Origin: an uncultured Pseudomonadota bacterium
GTDB lineage: Bacteria > Oederibacteriota > Muellerivitia > Muellerivitales > Muellerivitaceae
Assembly: GCA_963836235.1 (NCBI GenBank)
Contig: CAWIIP010000002.1
Location: 288,001-352,000 of the forward strand
Direction: 5' to 3'
DNA: 64,000 bases
Position 1 is the stretch's first letter. The number at the start of each line of letters is the position of its first letter. Positions 20,678 through 31,555 of the stretch are shown here, piece by piece. The position numbers and the translations under genes are program-made. The notes below the pieces were generated by a model. The model had not been told where the DNA came from, searched no databases, and was given only the letters and a program-made list of their open reading frames with translations.

Positions 20678-22069
20678 TCATTTTCCAAGTTCCCAACGAA
20701 GCGCTGATTCCAGGGTGGGATAAAGAAATTGAAACCCGGAGTCGAGGAGTTTCGCCGGTTTCACCTGTTGCCCTTCTAATAAGAGGGCATCTCCCATCTC
20801 TCCGAAAATAGCCTTCACCATGAAACCAGGCAGGGGAAACAGGACCGGTCTTTTCAAAACTGCTCCTAAAACCTTAGTAAATACCGAGTTCATTGCGGCC
20901 TGGGGTGCCGTCGCGTTCACCGGCCCCGAAAGAGAATCGGCATAGATCAGATAGTGATAGATTCCGATCAAGTCTTCGAGGGAAACCCAGCTCATCCATT
21001 GTTTCCCCGTTCCGATGATTCCTCCGGCGCCCATTTGAAAAGGCGTCAGCATCTTGGCCAAGGCACCGCCCTGGGAAGTCAGGACAATCCCCGTTCGGAC
21101 ATTTACCACTCGAATACCGGATTTTCGGGCGGGCTCTGTTGCCTCTTCCCAAGCCCGGCAGACTTCCGGCAGAAACCCCGCACCAACCACGCTTGTTTCA
21201 GTCAAATCCTCATCACCCCGATTACCGTAAAAGCCGATGGCTGATGACGATAGCATTACGCGAGGAGGATGCTTCAAGGAAGCCAAAGTTTCCGCGAGGA
21301 ACCGGGTGCCTTTCACACGGCTTTTGAGAATTTCATCTTTGCGCCTTGCGGTCCACTTTCCCGCCCCGATATTCTCACCGGCCAAGTGGATGAGGACATC
21401 GGTACTTTCCAAGGCCGTCTTATCCACTTCCCCGTGGTAAGGGTCCCAAAAGATTTCCGAACTTTCCAATTGCGGTGGGCGGCGCACCATCGTCCTGACT
21501 TGGTGGCCTCCACAGGACAAATAGGCGCCTAAGACGCTCCCGATCATTCCAGAAGCCCCGGTGATCACTATTTTCAAAGGCGGCTTATCCGCGTAAGGAT
21601 GGTAACGCTTCAGGTCGTTTTGGGTCCGGGAATGACGAAAACCAAAGGTGCGTTCCAATTTTTTTCGGATATATCCACCGGCAATCGCCCGCCCCAGTAA
21701 TCCCAAGGGCGGCTGATACTCGATATGGTCGGAAAGAACGCTGGTCTTGTCAGTGTCAGGAAGGAACTGATGGGTATGGACCCACTTGGAGAAAGGTCCC
21801 TGCACTTGCTCATCACAAAATTGGCGGCCTTCAATGTAACCACTATGTGAGGCGGTCCAACGGCGATGGAAAGGGCCTTGTCGCATTTCAAATACCATCC
21901 GGCCTCCATCGGTAATACCGCCCTTCCTTTCAATGATTTTGATCTTTTCCCAGGGTGGGGTAAGCCGCTCAAAAGTCTGAAGCCGATTGTGCCAGCCGAA
22001 TAACTCCTTGACGGAAACGTCGATAATCGATTTCTTTTCGAAAAGAGGCAAGTAGATCCTTTCGCTCAA
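20678..22069 (-). CDS. SRPBCC domain fused to TIGR01777-family NAD-dependent epimerase-like oxidoreductase
   Basis: FERLTPPW / GPFSKWVHTH SRPBCC domain; ITGASGMIG, SSAIGFYG, GKQWMSWV. Confidence 0.9.
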   Translation of the reverse strand: MSERIYLPLFEKKSIIDVSVKELFGWHNRLQTFERLTPPWEKIKIIERKGGITDGGRMVFEMRQGPFHRRWTASHSGYIEGRQFCDEQVQGPFSKWVHTHQFLPDTDKTSVLSDHIEYQPPLGLLGRAIAGGYIRKKLERTFGFRHSRTQNDLKRYHPYADKPPLKIVITGASGMIGSVLGAYLSCGGHQVRTMVRRPPQLESSEIFWDPYHGEVDKTALESTDVLIHLAGENIGAGKWTARRKDEILKSRVKGTRFLAETLASLKHPPRVMLSSSAIGFYGNRGDEDLTETSVVGAGFLPEVCRAWEEATEPARKSGIRVVNVRTGIVLTSQGGALAKMLTPFQMGAGGIIGTGKQWMSWVSLEDLIGIYHYLIYADSLSGPVNATAPQAAMNSVFTKVLGAVLKRPVLFPLPGFMVKAIFGEMGDALLLEGQQVKPAKLLDSGFQFLYPTLESALRWELGK

Positions 22070-22102
22070 ATGGTATTTGGATAGATCATACCGCCTTTAA
22101 AC

Positions 22103-22131
22103 AAAAAAGCCGCCTCCCAAGGGAAACGGCC
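22103..22131 (-). terminator. Intrinsic terminator after the Spy/CpxP-like gene
   Basis: GCCG..CGGC stem followed by a T6 tract on the minus strand. Confidence 0.6.
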
Positions 22132-22191
22132 TATCGTTTCGACTTTAATTCAAACTGAAAGTCAGTTGGTTTTCACACCGCCATTATCGCT

Positions 22192-22768
22192 TTAATCCTT
22201 ATTACCCGATCCGTCACTGTCGGGAGGCGGCCCTTTTTTATCACCGTCTTTTCCCTCATGGTGCCAGCTACCTTTCCATCTCTTCATCATTTCCATTCCT
22301 CTTTCTTTCATACCGAGGACAAATTTGGCCTGCTGAGTGGGGATCAATATTTCCCGCAAGCTGATCTTCCATTTTCTGCCGGGCGGTTTCCATGCTTTTG
22401 CGGTCCGTCTTCAGGGTCTCCAAAACTTTCTTAATTTCATCTTCCGAAGCCTTCGTGTCGACTTTCTGCTGAAGCGTGTCCATATCGATCTTCATTTGAT
22501 CCCGAAGGGGCTTCATGTTTTCCATTTGTTTCTTGAAAAGTTCTTTCAGTTTGTCGGCCTGACTGTCGGTCAAACCCAATTTTTCCTTTATCCGATCCAT
22601 GTGACCGCCCATCATCCCTCCCTGCATCCCATCCGGGCCGCCCTGGACATCCATCATTCCCCGCTTACCGGTTCCCGATGCCGATTGGTCATCGTCCGCT
22701 TGAACAACCAACACCAATCCAAAAGTCAGGGCCGCCAAAAGGCTCGCTAAAGCCATCCATTTTTTCAT
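22192..22768 (-). pseudogene. Spy/CpxP-family (LTxxQ) periplasmic chaperone with a 1-nt frameshift at ~22360
   Basis: ATG 22768 with RBS GGAGGTG; LGLTDSQ motif; second motif LREILIPTQQAKF..NKD* lies in the adjacent frame. Confidence 0.7.
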
Positions 22769-22976
22769 CTTCACACCTCCAAAAGATTTGAACCACAAAA
22801 ACAGCCGTCGACGTTTTTCTCGTGGCAACAATGATTAGACGTTTCCCATGGATAAAAGTGCCGTGACTCGAAAATTTATATTTTCAGTGCCTTTTTTGGG
22901 GATTGAAACTTTTGCGGTATACCCGACGTCAAAAAAACAGGAAGTTGATTCGATTCATTTAAACGAGGAGATTAAA

Positions 22977-23615
22977 ATGAAAAAACAGGTTTTTTTACTC
23001 ACGGCTTTATTTTTACTGGCGAGCCTCAATGCCGCCCGGGCCCAAGTTCAAGTGGGTGTCAACATTGGTGGCGGTGGTGATAGTTTCCACTTAGCCATCG
23101 GCGATTACTATCACGCGCCGCCGGATCAGGTGAACGTCTGCGTACAACAGCGCATTCCAGATGAGGAGCAACCCGTGGTTTTTTACGTCGCCCAACGGGC
23201 CGGTGTTGCCCCGGGCGCCATTATCGATCTTCGCGTTCATGGAATGCCCTGGGTTGATATCCTTCACCGGTACCGTTTAAGCCCCAGGATTTTTTATGTC
23301 CCTATCCGTGGAAGCGTGTATGGCACCCCTTACGAGAGGTTCTATGCTTATTACAATGGCCGTGGGCCGCGTGTACGTTTGTTGGATGCGGACATAGTGA
23401 ACATGGTGAACCTGCGTTTCGCCTCCGAATATTACCACCGCACACCGGAGGAAATCATTCGGCTTCGGGCGGGAGGCAGAAGCTTTGCCTATATTCATGA
23501 CCAATATCATGGTGGATACCATGGTGACCGCCGTTACGACGATCACCAAGACCACCCCCATCATTTCAATGACGATCATGATCGGAACCATCGGGACGAT
23601 GGATATAGCCGCTAA
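22977..23615 (+). CDS. Exported hypothetical protein with His/Asp-rich tail
   Basis: RBS GAGGAG before ATG 22977 (MKKQVFLL), signal peptide, DDHQDHPHH tail. Confidence 0.7.
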   Translation: MKKQVFLLTALFLLASLNAARAQVQVGVNIGGGGDSFHLAIGDYYHAPPDQVNVCVQQRIPDEEQPVVFYVAQRAGVAPGAIIDLRVHGMPWVDILHRYRLSPRIFYVPIRGSVYGTPYERFYAYYNGRGPRVRLLDADIVNMVNLRFASEYYHRTPEEIIRLRAGGRSFAYIHDQYHGGYHGDRRYDDHQDHPHHFNDDHDRNHRDDGYSR

Positions 23616-23642
23616 GCCTTCTTTAAAAATTTATGCCATTCT

Positions 23643-23669
23643 AAGGGCGGAATTATTTCGGCCCTTTTT
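23643..23669 (+). terminator. Intrinsic terminator
   Basis: AAGGGC..GCCCTTTTT hairpin. Confidence 0.6.
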
Positions 23670-23786
23670 ATTTTGAGCGTCATGAAAAACCATTAGAAAG
23701 GCTCTTTATTATTTTGGAACTTTTTTAAAAGCTCATTGGTCTAACCATCTGAAGGTGATGTTCAAACAATCAGGAGGAGAGAAGAA

Positions 23787-24116
23787 ATGAAAAAGTTATT
23801 GGCCGCAGCGATGATTTTATTTTTTGTCGGTGCCAACGGTTTGGCTCTGGCTCAGGATGCCAACGGAAAGAACCCCGCAATGAGCCCGAAAGCCCGTTTA
23901 AAACGCCAGCACAGGCGCATTAAACAAGGCGTAAAAAGCGGAAAAATCAGCAAATCCGAACATAAGCAATTGGCTCAAGAGGGTAAGGATATCAATCAGG
24001 AACGTAAAGCCGATTTGGCGAAAGACGGGGGCAAGTTGGATAATTCAGACCGTAAATCCCTGGAATCCCAGGAAAACCTTCGTTCTGAGCAAATCAAACA
24101 GGACAAAAGCAACTAA
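23787..24116 (+). CDS. Small exported basic helical protein
   Basis: RBS GGAGGAG, signal peptide, RIKQGVKSGKIS motif. Confidence 0.75.
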   Translation: MKKLLAAAMILFFVGANGLALAQDANGKNPAMSPKARLKRQHRRIKQGVKSGKISKSEHKQLAQEGKDINQERKADLAKDGGKLDNSDRKSLESQENLRSEQIKQDKSN

Positions 24117-24137
24117 TTAAGTAGCAATGTCTGAAGT

Positions 24138-24172
24138 AAAAAAGGGCTGGCAATAATTTCCCAGCCCTTTTT
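24138..24172. terminator. Bidirectional intrinsic terminator
   Basis: AAAAAAGGGCTGG..CCAGCCCTTTTT between convergent genes. Confidence 0.8.
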
Positions 24173-24181
24173 ATTTCCCAT

Positions 24182-24682
24182 TTATTCCGCAATGTATTTA
24201 CCAATATGCACTTGGTTCGCGACGGCACCATCCACATAATCCTTGGCGAGTTTGGCTTTCGGGGTATCCACGGGGGCCAGTTCCAGATACTTTTTCCAGC
24301 ATTCCACAGCTTTATCTTTGTAACCCCGGTTCAAGTAGATCGCTCCCAGGGAAAAATGGACATCGATATGGGCAGGATCCAGTTGAAAAACCCTTTCATA
24401 TTCCACCATCGCCTCTTCCCACCACATTTTGGAGTAATAGGCGTTGCCCAGGTGAAAATGGGCGGAAGGATGGTCGGGACGGAGGGAAACGGCCTTAGTA
24501 CATTCCTTGATGGCATCGTCATAACGCCCTGCTTTAAAAAGAAGGATGCCTATATTGAGCTGTGCGGGAAAATAAGAATGATCCAGCTTAATGGCTTCCC
24601 GATAAAGTTCTTCAGCTCCGTGAAAATCCTGGTTCTTATAGAGATGAACCGCTTCCTTGTTCAGTTCTTCCGCTGTTGCCAT
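24182..24682 (-). CDS. TPR protein
   Basis: Four TPR motifs, e.g. AHFHLGNAYY..EEAMVEYERVFQLDP. Confidence 0.85.
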   Translation of the reverse strand: MATAEELNKEAVHLYKNQDFHGAEELYREAIKLDHSYFPAQLNIGILLFKAGRYDDAIKECTKAVSLRPDHPSAHFHLGNAYYSKMWWEEAMVEYERVFQLDPAHIDVHFSLGAIYLNRGYKDKAVECWKKYLELAPVDTPKAKLAKDYVDGAVANQVHIGKYIAE

Positions 24683-24717
24683 CCAAACCTCAAAAAACTT
24701 CAGTGGTAATTCTGAAT

Positions 24718-25593
24718 TTATGGAATGACTTTGTTAAGGGGATACTCCACGATTCCTTCGGCGCCAGCTTCCTTCAGCTTGGGAACAATTCCACGGACGA
24801 TTTTTTCATCCACCACCGTATCCACATCTACCCAATCCTTGTCCTGCAAATCCGCCACCGTTGGCGAATTCAACGCCGGCAATACTTTCAAAACCTTGTC
24901 CAGGTCTTTGCGCCGGACATTCATTTTCAAGCCAACTTTTTCCTCGGCGGCTAAAGCGCCTTTCAACATCAGGACCATATCTTCGACCTTCTTCTTCTTC
25001 CAAGGATCGCCCCAGGCGGCCTTATTGACGATAACCACGGTATTGGATTCCATAATGGTTTCAAGAATTACCAGATTATTGGCCCTTAAAGACGAGCCCG
25101 TTTCAGTGACCTCAATGATGGCGTCCGCCAGTTCGGGCGGCTTGGCTTCGGTGGCACCCCAGGAGAACTCCACATGGGCCGTCACACCGTTCTTCTTTAA
25201 GTATTCTTTGGAAACGTTCACCAGTTCGGTGGCGATTTTCTTCCCTTGCAGGTCCTTGACCGACTTGATGGGGGAATTGGCGGGCGCGGCCAAAACCCAA
25301 CGGACCGGCCTTAACCCTTGCTTGGCGTAAATCAACTCGGCAATTTCCATCACGTCGGAGCCGTTTTCCTTAACCCAGTCCCGGCCCGTCATACCCACAT
25401 CCAAGGTGCCATCCTCCACGTAACGGCTCATTTCTTGGGCGCGGATCAGCATGGGCTTCATTTCAGAATCGTCGATACTGGGAAAATAAGAGCGGGACGT
25501 GGAAGAAATCTTGTACCCCGCCTTGGCGAATAAATGAAAAGTGGATTCCTGAAGGCTGCCCTTGGGCAATCCTAGCTTTAACAAGTTGGACAT
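24718..25593 (-). CDS. hisG: ATP phosphoribosyltransferase (long form)
   Basis: [22 protein letters not shown]-terminal SPTV regulatory domain. Confidence 0.96.
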   Translation of the reverse strand: MSNLLKLGLPKGSLQESTFHLFAKAGYKISSTSRSYFPSIDDSEMKPMLIRAQEMSRYVEDGTLDVGMTGRDWVKENGSDVMEIAELIYAKQGLRPVRWVLAAPANSPIKSVKDLQGKKIATELVNVSKEYLKKNGVTAHVEFSWGATEAKPPELADAIIEVTETGSSLRANNLVILETIMESNTVVIVNKAAWGDPWKKKKVEDMVLMLKGALAAEEKVGLKMNVRRKDLDKVLKVLPALNSPTVADLQDKDWVDVDTVVDEKIVRGIVPKLKEAGAEGIVEYPLNKVIP

Positions 25594-25735
25594 TTAAAAT
25601 TCCTTGAGGGTTTTGGTCTAAAACGAGCTTATTTAACAGCCTGCCTTTGGCTTTGGCAAGGTCTGTTTATCCCTTTATAAGGGCTTATGAACTTTTGTAG
25701 ACTAACCCCCTCTAAAAAAGCGAAGGATAAAAACC

Positions 25736-26827
25736 GTGGAAAGCCCCGTTGATTTTTATAACTACTCCCGAGAAGAACTGATCAGCCTCTTCACCGAATG
25801 GGGCTCGCCTAAACACACCGGAACCCAAGCTTTCCATTGGCTTTACCAAAAGCACGCCGGAAGTTTCGATGATATGACCGATCTTTCCAAGGAACTGCGG
25901 CAGGACCTATCCAAGAAAGCTACCCTCTCCACCCTAAAACTTCACACCCGCCAGGTTTCACAAGATGGCACGGCAAAATATCTCTGGCAATTACCCCCCG
26001 ACGAACATGGCCATACGGCCTTAGTGGAAAGCGTCCTAATTCCCATGGCTCGGGACGAAGAAGGTGAGCCTGGTCGTTTCACCGCCTGTCTTTCCACCCA
26101 GGCGGGTTGCCGGATGAAATGCACCTTCTGCGCAACCGGCGTGCCCAAGTTCCAACGTGACCTCACGACCGGCGAAATTGTGGCCCAAGTCGCGGGCATG
26201 GAAAGGAATTCTGCGGTCAAGTTCAACAACGTTGTGGTTATGGGCATGGGCGAACCCATGGATAATTATGAAAACACCGAAAAAGCCATGCGAATCCTCC
26301 ATGACCCGGAAGGCCTTAATCTTGGCCGGCGCCGAATCACCGTTTCTACTTCCGGGCTAATTGACAATATCGAACGCTTTACGAAGGATGACTGGCCAGT
26401 GTCTCTGGCCGTCTCCCTGCACAGCGCGGACCCCGAAATCCGTAGCCGCCTCATGCCTATCAACCGGTCCAATCCCCTGGACCGGCTCTGGAAAGTCATG
26501 CGGAAATATACTTATGCCCGCCGCCTACCCGTAACCCTCGAATATATCCTCTTAAAAGACGTCAATGACCGCCCCGAGGATGCCGCCAAACTCGCCTCCT
26601 ATTGCAAGTATTTGCTTTGCAAGGTCAACCTGATCCGTTATAACCCCGTGCCGACCCTGCCTTTTGACGCGCCCTCCGAAGAACGGGTAACGGCTTTTAA
26701 GGAAAACTTGAGGAACCAGGGAATGAAAGTTTTCTTGCGGGAACGTAAAGGCGTGGATATCGCAGCGGCTTGTGGCCAATTGGGATTTGAGAATACCCCC
26801 TCTTCCCAAAAGGCGGAGACAGTTTAG
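25736..26827 (+). CDS. rlmN: 23S rRNA/tRNA m2A methyltransferase RlmN
   Basis: CRMKCTFC radical SAM motif, MGMGEP, AACGQL. Confidence 0.96.
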   Translation: MESPVDFYNYSREELISLFTEWGSPKHTGTQAFHWLYQKHAGSFDDMTDLSKELRQDLSKKATLSTLKLHTRQVSQDGTAKYLWQLPPDEHGHTALVESVLIPMARDEEGEPGRFTACLSTQAGCRMKCTFCATGVPKFQRDLTTGEIVAQVAGMERNSAVKFNNVVVMGMGEPMDNYENTEKAMRILHDPEGLNLGRRRITVSTSGLIDNIERFTKDDWPVSLAVSLHSADPEIRSRLMPINRSNPLDRLWKVMRKYTYARRLPVTLEYILLKDVNDRPEDAAKLASYCKYLLCKVNLIRYNPVPTLPFDAPSEERVTAFKENLRNQGMKVFLRERKGVDIAAACGQLGFENTPSSQKAETV

Positions 26828-26829
26828 AA

Positions 26830-27810
26830 ATGCCCCCACTTTTCCTAAAAATAAAACTGACCCCCACCGAGAAAAACCTCACCCGAAAGGCCTTATCCCT
26901 TTTGGGAACTTTTACTCTCATTACGATACTGACAGCCTTGAGCGCCATGTTTTATACCCAGATGCACCAGCCGATGATCGTTCCCAAAATTATTGGAATG
27001 GACGAAAAGCAAGGCGAGAAGGCCCTTTCTTCCAAAGGCCTTCATATGAAAATCCTTCGGGCCCAATATGACGAACACGTCCCGGAAGGATTGGTGTGTG
27101 AACAGGACCCCAAGGCCAATTACTACGTCAAGCGGGGACAAACCGTCAGCGTCATATTGAGCAAGGGAAACCCCAAAGTGAAAGTGCCGTCTGTGGTCGC
27201 CATGTCCTTTCCCCAGGCCCAGGTTTCCCTCGCGGGAGCCCATTTGAGGGTGGGCCGGGAATCCCTGATGAACTCCACGGAACCAAGGGACTCGATCCTA
27301 GCCCAAGTCCCGCCTGCCGACGAGGTGGTGGATTCCTTCACCGATGTGAATCTCTTGGTTTCCGACGGACCGGTTGATCCCAGTTATCTCATGCCGGACT
27401 TAAGAAACCAACCGCTGGAAAAAGCCTTCAAAACCCTCCGGCCCGCGGGAATCACCATCGAAAAAATCAAAAGCGAGGTTCATGACGACCTGGATTCCGA
27501 AATGGTTCTTTCGCAGCTTCCCCCCGCCGGATCAAAGATCCAGCCCAAAGACAGCGTTTCCTTCGTTGTCAGCGCCAAAAGTTCTGAGGGAAATTTGAAA
27601 CCCCGATACGCCAAGATCGCTTTTGATATGCCGGAAGGAAATCCCCGCCGCCTGCAAATCGATATTTTCGACGGTTCCGGCACCCGAACTATTTATAACA
27701 AGATGGAATCTCCAAAAGATCATGTGGAGCTGGGAGTCAGCGTTACGGGGAAGGCTTCCGCCCAAATCTACTTAAACCAAGAGTTCGTCAAAGAAATACC
27801 CATCGAATAA
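26830..27810 (+). CDS. Membrane-anchored PASTA-domain protein (three PASTA repeats, no kinase)
   Basis: TM followed by VPKIIG, VPSVVA and MPDLRN PASTA starts. Confidence 0.85.
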   Translation: MPPLFLKIKLTPTEKNLTRKALSLLGTFTLITILTALSAMFYTQMHQPMIVPKIIGMDEKQGEKALSSKGLHMKILRAQYDEHVPEGLVCEQDPKANYYVKRGQTVSVILSKGNPKVKVPSVVAMSFPQAQVSLAGAHLRVGRESLMNSTEPRDSILAQVPPADEVVDSFTDVNLLVSDGPVDPSYLMPDLRNQPLEKAFKTLRPAGITIEKIKSEVHDDLDSEMVLSQLPPAGSKIQPKDSVSFVVSAKSSEGNLKPRYAKIAFDMPEGNPRRLQIDIFDGSGTRTIYNKMESPKDHVELGVSVTGKASAQIYLNQEFVKEIPIE

Positions 27811-27912
27811 TCCATCTTCCCGCCTTTAGCCAATTCCCAGCCATACCTAGGATGTTGAAACCCTTTTTGCTAAGATACCGTCTCAACCAACTCATCCCCA
27901 TCAAGGAATTTC

Positions 27913-28578
27913 ATGAAACCCGTCAAAGTTTCAGCCTCCATCCTCTCCGCTGATTTCGGCAATCTGCTCGCGGCGACCCAAAAAGCCATCGATGCGGGCG
28001 CCGACATGGTGCATATGGACGTGATGGACGGCCACTTCGTTCCCAACATTACCTTCGGAGCGCCTGTCATCGCCGGGCTCAAAGGCAAAATCAACGTACC
28101 CATGGATACCCACCTGATGATCGAGAACGCGAACAAGTACATCCCCGATTTCATCAAGGCCGGTTCTACCTACATCCTTTTCCACGCCGAGGCGGTGGAA
28201 AATCCTGTGGAAACCATTCACCTCATCCGCCAGGACGGCTGTAAGGCCGGGATGGTCCTGAACCCCACAACCTCCGAGGAAGTTTTAAAACCCTACGCCA
28301 AAGACCTGGAATATGTCCTCTTCATGTCGGTTTGGCCCGGCTTTTCCGGCCAATCTTTTATCCCGGAGGTCGTCCCCAAAATCGCCCGTTTCTCTAAATG
28401 GTGTGAAAAGGAAAGACTCAGCCCCCTCATCGCTGTGGATGGCGGCATTTCTCCCGTGACCGCCCCCCGGGTGGTGGATGCCGGGGCCAACTTGCTGGTA
28501 GCCGCCACGGCCATCTTCAAAGCGCCGGATATGAAAGAAGCTATCGCCGCCCTCAAATCCGCCGGGCAAAAAAATTGA
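27913..28578 (+). CDS. rpe: Ribulose-phosphate 3-epimerase
   Basis: SILSADF, HMDVMDGHFVPNITFG, VDGGI. Confidence 0.97.
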   Translation: MKPVKVSASILSADFGNLLAATQKAIDAGADMVHMDVMDGHFVPNITFGAPVIAGLKGKINVPMDTHLMIENANKYIPDFIKAGSTYILFHAEAVENPVETIHLIRQDGCKAGMVLNPTTSEEVLKPYAKDLEYVLFMSVWPGFSGQSFIPEVVPKIARFSKWCEKERLSPLIAVDGGISPVTAPRVVDAGANLLVAATAIFKAPDMKEAIAALKSAGQKN

Positions 28579-28579
28579 A

Positions 28580-30721
28580 ATGAAAAAGCCAGCCGCAAAT
28601 GGGCGCGAATTTTCGCGGTCAAGGCCAAAAACTTTTTACCCTTCTTCCAAAACTTCCCCCACCCTATTTTCATTTTTTTTGTTTGGCGCTCGTTTGCGCC
28701 TATTCGCGACCGAGATTTTTGTTCTTTTTATTTTCCTCTCTGTAACGCTTCTTTCCGGCTGCGCCTCTACTTCCAACATTAAAACTTCTGCGCCACCGGC
28801 CGACGAAAACTCAGCCTATCTCTCCCAAGCTGCCAGCCAATTCGCGTCCCCCACCGCCCCCAAGGCCCTCAACCTTTTGGACGATGCCCAGGTGGAATGG
28901 CACAACGACAGAAGCATCCGTATCACCGTTCACCAGCTTTGGGCCACAAGGGTGAAACCCGACCATCCCTTCCCCACCATCGCCACGATCAACCAGGATT
29001 CCCAAAACCTGAACGTCGAAACACTGAAGCTCTACCAAATGGACGCTAATGGAAATTTCACGCCGGCCTCCGTCCAACCCCAAATTCAACGAGTCCCGCC
29101 CCAGGAAAACCTTCCTTTGAGCCTTTCCAAGATCACCTCCGTCCGCTTGCCCGAGCTGGAAGCCGATCAGGCCCTGGAATTGAAATACACCTTAGAAAGC
29201 AAGATTTCCGCCCTGCTGGTCGGCAAGGACATCCATAAAGATCCGGAAGACGCGAAAAAGCCCCACCCCGTGCCGCCGGAACCGAGCTTCGCCTTTCGTT
29301 GGAACGACTTCACCCCATCCCTGGAAAAGGACCTCACCCTTAAAATTCCGGGCGGCCTGGAGCTTTTGGGAACCCGCCTGCGCCTTCCCACAAATCTGGC
29401 GGTGGACGAAAGCAAGCCAAACTCCGCCAGGGAAAAAACCGTTCATTTCAGCATAGGGGTTCAAGACCCCGTTCCTTATGAAAGTTTCCAACCCTCCCTG
29501 CAGGACTTGTCTCCCTTAACCGCCTTCACCCTGAACAAAACGTGGGATGAAGCCGTATTCCCCTATCGCAAACGGGTAAAGCAATTTTGGGACGGCGACC
29601 CCAAGCCGGTGGAAGAACTGATCGGCGACGCGGGAAGCAACACCGCCGAGGCTTTAGCTGACCGCATCGCTGAGGTGAAGAAGGCCATCAACGAAAAAGT
29701 AGATTGGGTGGACACCGGCCTTCCTATTTACCTGAACCCCGACCGTTTGCTCCCCGAGGTGATTGAAAGCGCCAAAGGCACTTCCCATGACATGGCCATA
29801 CTCCTGATGGTCGCTCTCAAGTCGCTCAAGATGACCCCCCAGATTTATCTTTATCGCCAGGCCACCAGCGGGGAGCTTTTGACTGACCTACCCGCCCTTT
29901 CCCAATTCGACGGGATCCTAATCGGCGTTCCATCAGGAAAAGATTATATTTGGATTGACCCCACCGAATCCCTGGCCGCACCCGGAGTTTTGCCCCTGGT
30001 GGCCCTGGACCGCAAGGCCCTGGGAGTTCTCATGCCCTTGAGCTGGAAGCTGACCCCGCCCTTCGGCGCCAAAGACCACCGCCGCCATCGGGACATTAAA
30101 ATGGATTTCGATGCCCAGGGAAATCTCACTTGTTCCGTGGATGTCCTGGCTTATGGGTCCTCTGAACTGGCCTTGCGCCAGTTCTTCCGGATCACCACCG
30201 ACGACAAGAGGCGGGACATCGTCTATCGGGGCCTCTTGAAGCGTTTCCCCGGCGTGACATTGACCGATTACCGTTTCGGCGACTACCGGGATATTTCCAA
30301 ACCCCTTGACGTCCATTTCACTTTCCAAATCCCCAATTACGCCAAGTTCAAAAATGATGGAAGCTTTATCTTTTATCCGATTGTGTTTGAGGACGTGGAG
30401 GATTTTTTCGCCACCCTTCGCAATTCCCGTCAGACCCCGGTTCTGGTCCCCCAAAACTTCAATTCGGAAACCCAGGCCATCGTTACCTTGCCCCACGGTT
30501 ACAAGCCGGGCGACCTTCCCAAGGAAGTTTCCTTCGCCAACGCGGTGGCGGAGTTTTCCGCCAGCGCCAAGGTGGATTTCGGCACCCTAAGTTACGAGCG
30601 TGACTTGGGCTTGAAGCAAAGGTCCATTTCCCTCGGCAAGGAATACCAGGACTTGATGGCCGTTTACCAGACCGTCCTCACCCAGGACCGCACGCCTTTT
30701 ACGGCCGTTCGAGGGCAATAA
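28580..30721 (+). CDS. DUF3857/transglutaminase-like lipoprotein
   Basis: LLSGC lipobox, WIDPT motif; domain layout typical of DUF3857-TGase-DUF3858 proteins. Confidence 0.65.
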   Translation: MKKPAANGREFSRSRPKTFYPSSKTSPTLFSFFLFGARLRLFATEIFVLFIFLSVTLLSGCASTSNIKTSAPPADENSAYLSQAASQFASPTAPKALNLLDDAQVEWHNDRSIRITVHQLWATRVKPDHPFPTIATINQDSQNLNVETLKLYQMDANGNFTPASVQPQIQRVPPQENLPLSLSKITSVRLPELEADQALELKYTLESKISALLVGKDIHKDPEDAKKPHPVPPEPSFAFRWNDFTPSLEKDLTLKIPGGLELLGTRLRLPTNLAVDESKPNSAREKTVHFSIGVQDPVPYESFQPSLQDLSPLTAFTLNKTWDEAVFPYRKRVKQFWDGDPKPVEELIGDAGSNTAEALADRIAEVKKAINEKVDWVDTGLPIYLNPDRLLPEVIESAKGTSHDMAILLMVALKSLKMTPQIYLYRQATSGELLTDLPALSQFDGILIGVPSGKDYIWIDPTESLAAPGVLPLVALDRKALGVLMPLSWKLTPPFGAKDHRRHRDIKMDFDAQGNLTCSVDVLAYGSSELALRQFFRITTDDKRRDIVYRGLLKRFPGVTLTDYRFGDYRDISKPLDVHFTFQIPNYAKFKNDGSFIFYPIVFEDVEDFFATLRNSRQTPVLVPQNFNSETQAIVTLPHGYKPGDLPKEVSFANAVAEFSASAKVDFGTLSYERDLGLKQRSISLGKEYQDLMAVYQTVLTQDRTPFTAVRGQ

Positions 30722-30739
30722 ATCCCACAAACACGCCTT

Positions 30740-31423
30740 TTGAATCGGGTTATAATCCTTCGTCCGATACCCCCGAGGAGGCAATCCATGCGGCGTTTGA
30801 CCGGCTTCATATTGGTCCTTCTTCTCTGTGGCGGCTGTGCCAGCCTCAATTACTACTCCAAACTAAATCCCGATTGCGTGGGTTTGCAATATCAGCGCAT
30901 TCTCATCCAATTCGTCGATCCCGAACCGGGTTACGCCCAGTTCGGGGAGAATGTCGCCAAGGATGAAATCGAGAAACAATACGGCACTACCCTCCAGTGT
31001 TACCCCATTTCAGACCTCCTCTACGCGGGTCTTCAGACCCGGGCCGAGATCGAAACTGAAGTCCGAAAAATAATCCAGGATAAAAAGATCGATGCGCTAT
31101 TGAGATGCGTTAGCGGACAGGCAGTCAAAAAGCAGACCAATGTCATCTATAACCCGGCGACAGGTACGACTTACGCGAATAACGACCAAAAGAATGCCGG
31201 TTATCGGATGGAGTTGTTCGACATCAGGACTAATAAGTCGGTTTGGTACTCTACTGCCCATGCCGAAGCCAATAGTTTTTTCAATTCTTTCCAGGGAATG
31301 ATGAAAGGGTTCATCCAAAAATCAGTGACCGATATGAAGGAAAACAACATTCTGGGCCCGGACAACCGACCCGATGCCTTGCCACTTCCCACCGAACCAC
31401 AAAAAACCAAAGAGGAAATTTAG
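30740..31423 (+). CDS. Putative lipoprotein (true start likely MRRLTG at ~30788)
   Basis: RBS GAGGAGG; LCGGC lipobox-like signal. Confidence 0.65.
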   Translation: MNRVIILRPIPPRRQSMRRLTGFILVLLLCGGCASLNYYSKLNPDCVGLQYQRILIQFVDPEPGYAQFGENVAKDEIEKQYGTTLQCYPISDLLYAGLQTRAEIETEVRKIIQDKKIDALLRCVSGQAVKKQTNVIYNPATGTTYANNDQKNAGYRMELFDIRTNKSVWYSTAHAEANSFFNSFQGMMKGFIQKSVTDMKENNILGPDNRPDALPLPTEPQKTKEEI

Positions 31424-31555
31424 GTTCGTCTTGTTATTGTTCTAAAAGGCCAACGATAATCTACTGGACCGCTAAGGGCTCCCAGACACAAAGGTGAATA
31501 GGTTGTGGTTCAAAAGGGTTTTTGGCTTTTAATAAAGGTTTTGAGGAGAAATAAA

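Noticed and set aside
25736-28578. rlmN-PASTA-rpe as a novel system
   Set aside because: Resembles a widely conserved housekeeping neighbourhood; kinase-less PASTA proteins are common.
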